A stretch of DNA of 30,729 nt from Candidatus Hydrogenedentota bacterium (GTDB lineage Bacteria > Hydrogenedentota > Hydrogenedentia > Hydrogenedentales > JAEUWI01): NCBI GenBank assembly GCA_034669905.1, contig JAXMOL010000072.1, forward strand, positions 1 through 30,729, given 5' to 3'. Below are positions 8,956 to 16,513 of the stretch, piece by piece (the first letter of the stretch is position 1; every line of letters starts with the position of its first letter). A program made the translations under genes and the position numbers. Below the pieces are notes generated by a model. It saw only the letters and a list, made by a program, of their open reading frames with translations, had not been told where the DNA came from and searched no databases.

Positions 8956-11900
8956 TCAGGTGCTCTTCAAAACGAGTTCCACATTTTGAAACATCCCCCG
9001 GGTAAGCGAGATTGAGAGCTCAAAGGATGGGTTGCCTTCGAGATGGTCCAGTGCCGTCTGGCAGAGGGTGTCGAGTTGGGTCAGCGAAGTGATGGGCTGA
9101 CCGGAGATGGCGGTGATGCGACTGCCGGGGTAGAGATGCAGGCGGGCGAGGGGCGCGTCCCAGAGCTTCTGAGTTTGTGCCAGGATCCAGTAGCCGGAAA
9201 GGGCGCCTGGGGAAAGGGGCTCACGAAGGATGGTACGGGTCCGCGCTTCGTTTACCTCGAAAATCGTGTCTGTATCGAGCCGTAGCATTTTCAGTCCCGC
9301 CTCCAGGAATGCCTGGGCCTCTTCGCGGTTCAGGGTCACGGTTTCCGACTGGGGCGGGGCAGGCAGGGTGATGAGGCGACGGGGCCTGGATTGACCATCA
9401 CGGGTCACCATGAGGTCCAGCGTGAGAAAGCTTTCGTCGGGTGCTGCGGTGGCGGCACGGTTCTGCACGGTGGTGGTGACCGCAGCCAGGTCAGCGCCCG
9501 GGAAGCGGATTTCATCGCCGTCTTGTATGCCCAGTGCCGCGAGTATTGGACCCAGGGTCTCGTTTTCCACGACGCGCACGGGGTCTTGTGTCGCGTCGGT
9601 AGCCGACCAATGCGTCAGGGTTTGGGTGAGGTCGGCGAGACGGCAGAATTGCACGGTTGCCAATGCCGTGTCTGTAGCGGCGGGTTGCACCTCCCGCTGA
9701 GCAAGCTGGACACGAAAGGCGCGCACGGTGTTTTCCAACGCTTCGCGGGTCGTGACCGGTGGTCCGTCTGGCACGGGGAGGGCCGCATAATGGGCCAGAT
9801 TGCCGTCTTTGGAGGCGACCAGGAATCCGGGGCGCTCGGGGGCGAAGAGGGCGAAGCGTGGCTCGTCCATGGGGGTTTCAATACCAATCAGGTGGAAGCC
9901 CCGGGTGGTGTTCCAGATGTTGATGCGGCTTGAAGAGACCGTCATCAGGCGGGAGCCGTCGTGGTTGAAGTCGGCCATAACGGCACGGCCCGTCTGGGTG
10001 CCCGTCTCGAAACGCAGGGTCCCCGATTCGGTATCCCATACTTGCGCACCCCCATCCGATGACACCGTGGCGATGGCGCTGCCGTCTGGCGCAAACGTGG
10101 TGTGGAGTGGGCGACCGGTGTGGCTTATCCGGAAGCGCTCTTGGTTGGTGTCCAGGTTCCATACGATGACATCACGATCGCGGGAAAGGGTGGCCAGAAA
10201 GCGTCCATCGTGGGAAAAGGCGGCATTGAGGACCGTATCGGTGTGGGCGTCGAATTGATGCAGTAGCGCGCCGCTTTCCGAATTCCAGATGCGGGCGCTG
10301 TTATCCCACGAGGTGGTGACGATTTGCGTTGCGTCTGCGTTGAAGGCCAGGGACGTGATATAGCCATCGTGCCCTTCAAAGCGCGTAAGCACTTCGCCAG
10401 AGGCAACATCCATGACGACCGCGAGAAACTCATCCACAACGACGCCCAGACGGGAGCCATCGGCATTGAGGCAGAGCCCCGTGCCATTGGGTCCGGGCTG
10501 TCGGTTGACGGTCAGCAAGGTTGTGCCCCCCTGGGTGTCCATGACCCGTACGGCACCATCGGCGCGCACAAAGGCCGCGCGATTTCCGTTATCCGACAGG
10601 GCAATGGCCACCGGCGCATAGGGGGCGGATTCCCAGAGGTGTCGGTGGGGCATGCCGCGGGTGAGCCATGTGCGGATGGCGCCCCCCCGCTCGGTCGTCC
10701 GATAGGAGGAGGTGTCGTCCATCACGGCGAGATTCAATAAGGGATTCCGTGCGCCGGTGCCCCGACTCAGGAGGCTACCGGTTTCGACGTCCCACACGGT
10801 GCGGACGCTTTCGCTATCCACGGCAAAAATGAGGGTGCCATCGGGCGAGCGCTGGCAATCCTGAATGCCTTGGCCAATGTTCAGGGTCCGCTTGACGGCG
10901 CCGGTCTCGCCATTCCAGAGTCGGACGAGACCATCCTCGGTACCCAGGAGTACGTCGGGTTCGCCGGGGTGCACCCGGGCACGTCGAATGGGCGCATCAA
11001 GGGCGATGGTGTGGCGGGTGCTCAAATCGCGGGTGTTCAGGCTGTAGGCGACACGGTCACCGGAGACGAGGAGGGTCGTGTCGTTGATGCCGCGGATGAG
11101 GCCCTGTACGTCGGCCCGGCCCAACTCCTCGCCGGTATTCGCGTCCACCGTTACGATCAGGTCTTCGGCGGTATTCACAATAAACTGTGCAGGGTCTTCC
11201 CCAAAGCCGACCCAGCGTAGTCCACCAGGATAGGCCGGGAGTTCCCGAAGAAGCTGGCCGGCCGCCACGTCCCAGAGGCGGACGATACCGTCGGAGCCGC
11301 CCGTGATGAGTTGGGAGCCATCCTTTCCGAAGGTGCACTGACTGACCTGCTGCCCGTTGGCTTCCAAAAGGGTCACCTGACCGCCCGTCTTCGGGTCCAG
11401 CAGATAGATGGCGCCGTCATAGGTGCCCAGGGCAATGTGTGCGCCGTCGGGGCTGATGGCGGCCGCCCGGGAGGTTGTACGCGGGACATTCCATTCAAAC
11501 ACGGTTTCGCCGCTTTCCCGGTCCCACAGCCGTGCGGTGGGGGCGACGGCGAGCGAAAGGGCCTGCGTTCCGTTGGGCAGATAGTGCACGGCAAAGATGC
11601 GGTCACTGTCTTCCCCGAGGGTGGCGAGTTCCTGGTTACAGAGGGTAGCCAGGTAGCTCCACTCGAAGCCCCGTCGGGAGGGCTCGGTGGTGAGTAGGAT
11701 GTCCTCGGCGTCCTGTAGTTTGCCGTCGCTTATATAGGCATTGGCCAGTCGGATTTCGGCGACGTACTTTTCGTCGGCCGTCTGGCGTTCCGCAGATTCG
11801 GCCCGTTCGCGCTCCCGTTCGGCCAGTACCCGCTGCTCGTCGGCGGCATCCCGCTGTTGCTCCGCATTGAGGCGTTCCTGTTCCGCCAGATTACGGGCCA

Positions 11901-13380
11901 CCGCCTCCAGGTTCTTGGCCTGAAGAATCCGCACGTAGGACCACGAGGCGATCACGAGGATGGCGAGGGCGGCTACGGCGGCGCTGTTCACCACGGCCTG
12001 ATGCTCGCGGTAGAGTCGGGTGAGTTTATCGCGGAGGCGGTAGGCGTAGGCATTAACGACCGCGCCTTCCAGAAAATGACGGATATCCTCGGCCAATTCC
12101 CCCGCGTTCGCATAGCGTTTCGCCGGATCGTAGGCGAGGGCCTTGTCGCAGATGGCGGCCAATTCGGGGGGCGTCTTGGGTGCCGCCGTGAGTACGGAGG
12201 GCGCGGGCGTGTGGCCTACGCGCTGCACCGTATCCCGTGAATTGCTCCAGGGGTGGGGTACTTCGCCGGAAAGAATCTCGAAGAGGACCACGCCGAGGGA
12301 GTAAACATCGGAGTGGGTACCCACGGCGTCCAACTCACTCCGTGCCTGCTCGGGCGACATATAGATCGGGGTGCCCAGCACATCCTTTGCCCGGGTATCC
12401 GCAGGCTGGACATCTTCGGGGTTGAGTTCGAGGTGCTCCAGCGTTTTCAGCAGGGCCTCACGGTGCTCGTCTTTATCGCCACCCGTTTTGGCCAAGCCCC
12501 AGTCGAGTACCACGCATTCGCCAAATTCACCCACCATGATATTGGAGGGTTTGAGATCCCGGTGGATGACGTCGCGGGAGTGGGCATACGCCATGGCCTG
12601 GCACACGTCGAGGAAGGGGCGAAGGAGACCCAGTCGCTTTTCGGGCGTGTCACACTGCGCGATTGCGGCGGCCAGGGTTTCCCCGCGGACCAGCTTCATG
12701 GTGTAGTAGAGACGGCCATCGGCCCGGGTGCCCAACTCGTAGACGGGCACGATGGAGGGGTGCTCCAGCTGGCCCGTGACCTTGGCTTCCTGAAGAAAGC
12801 GGGCCATCATGGCGGCCGACTGGCGGATGGGCGTGCTGGCACCCGCGCCTTCGGGGGCAGGAGACAGGGTGGATGCGGTGGGGTTGATGGCGTGCTCGGG
12901 AAGGAGCTCCTTCAGGATGACTTCCCGGCCAATTTGCTCGTCGTGTACCAGTAAGATGCGGCCAATGCCGCCCCGGGCATATTCCGAGCCGCCTGTATAG
13001 CGGCCAATTTGCTCGGTCGTGATATTTTCCGGACTGCGGTCGACGAGAATGGTGCCCCGAACGGTCTTGTCGGCCCCCATGTCGGGCGCATTCCTCGCCC
13101 CGCCCCGCAGCGGAGCCAGGGTGGACTCCAGTTCGCCCTTCCCCCCGAACGCATCGAGTGCGGCCTTTGCATCACCTTTGTGGGCGTGGACGAGGGTGTC
13201 CACCAGGTGAACGAGGAGGTCATGGTCGGCCTGGCTGAGGGCGCCACTGTCACACAGGTGGGACAGGGCGGAAGCATCGGGGTGCCTGGCGCCGTGGTCG
13301 GCGAATTCGGCGAGCCGGTCGCGTGAAAGAAGACGCAGTTGGTACGCCAGCAGTCCAAAGAGAATGTCGTAATCGCGCAT
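8956..13380 (-). CDS. Membrane Hanks-type Ser/Thr kinase with WD40 repeats and a C-terminal PDZ-like region (kinase 1)
   Basis: ARGGIGRI, VILKE, HRDLKPSN, DWGLAK, GTPIYMSPEQ, DVYSLG; one TM (AAVAALAILVIASWSYV); coiled coil; WD40 units such as GHDGYITSLAFNADATQIVTTSWDNSARIWN. Start set at MRDYD (13380) from the paralog alignment and promoter position. Confidence 0.92.
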   Translation of the reverse strand: MRDYDILFGLLAYQLRLLSRDRLAEFADHGARHPDASALSHLCDSGALSQADHDLLVHLVDTLVHAHKGDAKAALDAFGGKGELESTLAPLRGGARNAPDMGADKTVRGTILVDRSPENITTEQIGRYTGGSEYARGGIGRILLVHDEQIGREVILKELLPEHAINPTASTLSPAPEGAGASTPIRQSAAMMARFLQEAKVTGQLEHPSIVPVYELGTRADGRLYYTMKLVRGETLAAAIAQCDTPEKRLGLLRPFLDVCQAMAYAHSRDVIHRDLKPSNIMVGEFGECVVLDWGLAKTGGDKDEHREALLKTLEHLELNPEDVQPADTRAKDVLGTPIYMSPEQARSELDAVGTHSDVYSLGVVLFEILSGEVPHPWSNSRDTVQRVGHTPAPSVLTAAPKTPPELAAICDKALAYDPAKRYANAGELAEDIRHFLEGAVVNAYAYRLRDKLTRLYREHQAVVNSAAVAALAILVIASWSYVRILQAKNLEAVARNLAEQERLNAEQQRDAADEQRVLAERERERAESAERQTADEKYVAEIRLANAYISDGKLQDAEDILLTTEPSRRGFEWSYLATLCNQELATLGEDSDRIFAVHYLPNGTQALSLAVAPTARLWDRESGETVFEWNVPRTTSRAAAISPDGAHIALGTYDGAIYLLDPKTGGQVTLLEANGQQVSQCTFGKDGSQLITGGSDGIVRLWDVAAGQLLRELPAYPGGLRWVGFGEDPAQFIVNTAEDLIVTVDANTGEELGRADVQGLIRGINDTTLLVSGDRVAYSLNTRDLSTRHTIALDAPIRRARVHPGEPDVLLGTEDGLVRLWNGETGAVKRTLNIGQGIQDCQRSPDGTLIFAVDSESVRTVWDVETGSLLSRGTGARNPLLNLAVMDDTSSYRTTERGGAIRTWLTRGMPHRHLWESAPYAPVAIALSDNGNRAAFVRADGAVRVMDTQGGTTLLTVNRQPGPNGTGLCLNADGSRLGVVVDEFLAVVMDVASGEVLTRFEGHDGYITSLAFNADATQIVTTSWDNSARIWNSESGALLHQFDAHTDTVLNAAFSHDGRFLATLSRDRDVIVWNLDTNQERFRISHTGRPLHTTFAPDGSAIATVSSDGGAQVWDTESGTLRFETGTQTGRAVMADFNHDGSRLMTVSSSRINIWNTTRGFHLIGIETPMDEPRFALFAPERPGFLVASKDGNLAHYAALPVPDGPPVTTREALENTVRAFRVQLAQREVQPAATDTALATVQFCRLADLTQTLTHWSATDATQDPVRVVENETLGPILAALGIQDGDEIRFPGADLAAVTTTVQNRAATAAPDESFLTLDLMVTRDGQSRPRRLITLPAPPQSETVTLNREEAQAFLEAGLKMLRLDTDTIFEVNEARTRTILREPLSPGALSGYWILAQTQKLWDAPLARLHLYPGSRITAISGQPITSLTQLDTLCQTALDHLEGNPSFELSISLTRGMFQNVELVLKST

Positions 13381-13419
13381 GTTGGAAACCCCCAATTGGG
13401 CGCAAGAGTAGCTCGGGAT

Positions 13420-13448
13420 AGTGTAGCGCAATGTCGGAAAAATAGCAA
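13420..13448 (-). promoter_or_regulatory. Sigma70-like promoter of kinase 1 module
   Basis: TTGCTA(13448-13443)-N17-TACACT(13425-13420), about 40 nt upstream of the ATG at 13380. Confidence 0.6.
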
Positions 13449-13564
13449 GGCACGTAGTGTGCTGTGGGAGGGGTGTTATAGTCACTCAGCGGCGCGGCGC
13501 CACCCACGAGACACGGATGCCCTTTGCCGGAGCCAAAATGGTGGCGTGGGACGCGGGTACCGGC

Positions 13565-14431
13565 CTAATTGCCGTCGTAGAGCAGGGGGAAGAAGGTGCC
13601 ATCGAGGGCTTCACCCTTGGGTACCGGGGGCACCCCGTGCAGCAAGACATCGTCCGACACGGATTTCACACCATCGCGCACCACATTCAGGACAATGGCG
13701 CGGCGGGAACGGTGGGATTTGTTGTCGTAGGAGCCATGGACCAGCAAGGGATGGTGGAAGGCACATTCCCCCCGCTTGAGCCGGATGGGGACGGGCTTGA
13801 AGGCGGCCTTTTGTTCGTCAGAAAGGACGCTCTGGATGGCCTCCATATCTCCCGCGAGACCCGTGATAGGGAGGAGGGGCCATCGGTGGCTGCCTGGCAC
13901 GTAATAAAGACAGCCGTTTTCTTCATCGGCATCGTCCAGACCAATCCAGCAGGTGAGGTGTTGCATGGGGGACGTGCGGGTCCAATAGGAGTAGTCCTGG
14001 TGCCAGGCGACCACGCCGCCGTGCTGGGCGGGCTTACAGAAGAGTTGGTCGTGCCAGAAGCGGACCGGGCCACCGAGCAAATCGCTGGCGGCACGGGTAA
14101 AGGCGGGATTCCACAGGATATCGTGAAAGCCCGGGCTTACCCGCCAGGCACCCAGGGCGTGAAATAGCACCGTGTTGGGATCGGCAGATTCGTTGGAGTT
14201 GTACTCATAGAAGAGGTGATTGCCCGGATGCGTGGGGTCTGCCAACTCCGCCAACTCTTCACAGAGGACGTCACACTGGGTCTCCGTCAGGATACGGGTG
14301 CCCGCCACATAGCCAAACTCGTTGTAATGGGCCACCTGCTCGGGGGTGAGGTGAAAGGCGCTCTTGTCCGGCGCTTCCAGTTGTTCGCTGAACAGATCGC
14401 CCGCGGGTTGGTGTTGTGTTGCCAAGTCCAT
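13565..14431 (-). CDS. Phytanoyl-CoA dioxygenase (PhyH) family Fe(II)/2-oxoglutarate dioxygenase
   Basis: [19 protein letters not shown] (HxD), [21 protein letters not shown], distal His in LVHGS, and RRA for 2OG binding. Confidence 0.9.
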   Translation of the reverse strand: MDLATQHQPAGDLFSEQLEAPDKSAFHLTPEQVAHYNEFGYVAGTRILTETQCDVLCEELAELADPTHPGNHLFYEYNSNESADPNTVLFHALGAWRVSPGFHDILWNPAFTRAASDLLGGPVRFWHDQLFCKPAQHGGVVAWHQDYSYWTRTSPMQHLTCWIGLDDADEENGCLYYVPGSHRWPLLPITGLAGDMEAIQSVLSDEQKAAFKPVPIRLKRGECAFHHPLLVHGSYDNKSHRSRRAIVLNVVRDGVKSVSDDVLLHGVPPVPKGEALDGTFFPLLYDGN

Positions 14432-14486
14432 GACGGCGGTTTACTCCTCTACACGGGATTCAGGGTGGTATGACGACTGATAGGGC

Positions 14487-14515
14487 GTTATACAGGATCT
14501 GGTGGGGAATTCCAA
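14487..14515 (-). promoter_or_regulatory. Sigma70-like promoter of the PhyH gene
   Basis: TTGGAA(14515-14510)-N17-TATAAC(14492-14487). Confidence 0.4.
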
Positions 14516-14736
14516 GTTGGGGAAGGGGCCGGGGTGGGCTTTGTCGCAAGCCTCCACAAGCCAGGTGCCCCCCCGAAAAACCTTCGGCGTGTCGGTAGTC
14601 AGCCGTGGCAACCGTCAGGTCAAGGGCGTGTGCGCGCGCTCGCGGCGTTGGCCCTTAAGAGTCGGCCTCGCCTTCTCCCCGGGCGCCTCATGTTTAGTGG
14701 GCGGGCCCGGAGGAGAAAGCGGAGTCTTCAGGCCGA

Positions 14737-15558
14737 TCAGGGGCTGCTCGCTGCGCTACAGCTACCATTGGACGTGGAGTTACACCAGTCGTTCGGATGA
14801 TTTAAATCCTTGCAGGTGCCATTGTCGCACGTCAAGCCATTCGCGACAGGGTCGCTTCCGAAAAGCTCCACCGTTTTTTCCTCTTCTTCGTCCAAGCTGT
14901 CTTCCACTACGAAGCGGGAGCTGTGGTCGATCAGGATTTTACGATTTCGGGCGTCCCGGATCGCCTGGATTCGCTTCTCCTTTACATAGTCGGTCTTTTT
15001 CTCTGTGTAGAGGTCGACCATACGCTTATCCCCTAGTACATTCAGGAAATCTTCCAGATGCTGTGGTGGTTCGAGCCTTTTCCCCCGTTGCTGGAAGAAG
15101 CGGAAGGGGCAGCAAAAATGGGTAAGCTCACAGTTTCCGTCCTTCATGCTCGCCTGATACAGTTCATTAAGGCGAACCAGGATCTTGCGTTCCGCCCGCA
15201 CCGAGCCCGCAGAGTAAATTGCTGTGAACAGGTTTCCGAGTTTGGTTTGCGGGGCACTGTCCACATAGCCTTGGATGTCCTCAAGGGCTGTGACCATTAG
15301 GTCTCGAATCGGGTAGTGTATCCCGCTGTATGCACCCACATTGAGCAGTGCGTTGTTCGCAGGGTCATTGAGTAGCCGGGCCTGCTTCACCATTTCGCCG
15401 ATGGCGTATCCAAAGGGGTCGCTATAGAGTTGGTTGTAGGTTACGTTTTCCAGCAGGAAGCACATGAGGTTGATACTCTTGATGGTCCGCTTGACCTGGT
15501 CAGAATAATTTCCTGAAGGCATCGTTGTTTCAACATCAAAGGGTTTGGTGTAAGACAT
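14737..15558 (-). CDS. Unknown protein, family X copy 2 (273 aa)
   Basis: KSINLMCFLL, HFCCPF, CDNGTC...WCN...C tail. ATG at 15558 (MSYTKPFDV) has an AAGGA RBS and aligns with the paralog N-termini. Confidence 0.85.
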   Translation of the reverse strand: MSYTKPFDVETTMPSGNYSDQVKRTIKSINLMCFLLENVTYNQLYSDPFGYAIGEMVKQARLLNDPANNALLNVGAYSGIHYPIRDLMVTALEDIQGYVDSAPQTKLGNLFTAIYSAGSVRAERKILVRLNELYQASMKDGNCELTHFCCPFRFFQQRGKRLEPPQHLEDFLNVLGDKRMVDLYTEKKTDYVKEKRIQAIRDARNRKILIDHSSRFVVEDSLDEEEEKTVELFGSDPVANGLTCDNGTCKDLNHPNDWCNSTSNGSCSAASSP

Positions 15559-15660
15559 TACGTGTTTTCCTTGAGTTGCCGTATGCAAGCGTATGGCCTG
15601 CCCTCTTTGGGGCAGGGCTGATCGCACCGGTACGCGAAAGTGGTCGATGGAAATTTCGGG

Positions 15661-16404
15661 CTAACTGGCTATCGTGCAGTTGCCATTCTCGTCCAAATTG
15701 CACCAATCATTAGGGTCTCCCGGGTCGCAAGCGGTACCGCTGTTGCATACGTACCCGTTCTTCGGATCTTTGGTCTTTATGACGAGTTCTGGTGCAGTCC
15801 GGTCTGTGAACGTCAGGATTCCAATCGCCTTTGCAGAGTCTACTTCGTCTATTTGGCTTTGGTATTTTCCTGTTGCGTTGCTCAAGGTGTAGATGTCGAA
15901 CAGCGTGAATGCCCCCAGGTTTTTAAGGTAGGTGTTCATGCGAGTAATGGGTATGTGCCTGTTCGGGTCGTCGTATATTGGGAGAAATGGCATGCAGAAG
16001 TGGTCAAGTTTACGCGGCAGATTCCGCAATATTTCCGCGATGTCAAAATACAATCCAGTCGAGTCGGGCGCTCCCTGATGCTCAAAGTAGTGCCTTAGCC
16101 TTAGACCAGACGGACGGTATTCAGGCTCAATCAGGTCACTTATCTTCTGAAGCTCTATCGCTAAATCCGCACCCAAATCATTGTCTGTGCTTCCATCGGC
16201 AGCTATTAATAGTGAGCTTGGGAATCGGTCCAAATTGATCAAGAGCCGGTCAACTACGTTTTCGATGTGGTCATCATACAACGTTAAATAGGGGATGTTA
16301 TGGAGCAGATAGGCCATGAGATTGATCGAACGCGTACCTATTGTGTCCGCCATTGTCCGCCCGCCTCCCAGCGTATCCTTGACATCCCAGTCCCAGTAGT
16401 TCAT
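15661..16404 (-). CDS. Unknown protein, family X copy 3 (247 aa, lower GC)
   Basis: RSINLMAYLL, HFCMPF, CNSGTAC...WCN...C tail; AAGGA RBS. Confidence 0.85.
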   Translation of the reverse strand: MNYWDWDVKDTLGGGRTMADTIGTRSINLMAYLLHNIPYLTLYDDHIENVVDRLLINLDRFPSSLLIAADGSTDNDLGADLAIELQKISDLIEPEYRPSGLRLRHYFEHQGAPDSTGLYFDIAEILRNLPRKLDHFCMPFLPIYDDPNRHIPITRMNTYLKNLGAFTLFDIYTLSNATGKYQSQIDEVDSAKAIGILTFTDRTAPELVIKTKDPKNGYVCNSGTACDPGDPNDWCNLDENGNCTIAS

Positions 16405-16430
16405 TTTCTGATGTTCCTTTCGAGTAGATT

Positions 16431-16493
16431 CGGCTTCTGGGTGATGTTAACGGTGCAGGCGTCATGCTCGCCCCGTTGTACTTGCAGGGTCAG
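16431..16493 (-). pseudogene. Remnant of the 3' end of a kinase-WD40-PDZ gene
   Basis: Translates LTLQVQRGEHDACTVNITQKP versus the kinase 2 C-terminus LTLHIQRGEYEARTVTITHQP (17372-17310). Hand count gives 13/21 aa and 46/63 nt identical with no gaps. Confidence 0.8.
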
Positions 16494-16513
16494 TATCTCC
16501 GCCTTAGCCCCGC

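Noticed and set aside
13381..13485. 35-aa N-terminal extension of kinase 1 in the ORF track
   Set aside because: It overlaps the candidate promoter and has no counterpart in kinase 2.
14520..14700. Possible ncRNA or element end downstream of family X copy 2 (AAGGGC...GCCCTT stem)
   Set aside because: The pairing is short and imperfect in GC-rich DNA, with no second copy in the window and no recognisable family.
15575..15625. A second kinase remnant (LPQRGQ) between copies 3 and 2
   Set aside because: Only QRG matches the kinase tail and there is no extended colinear similarity.
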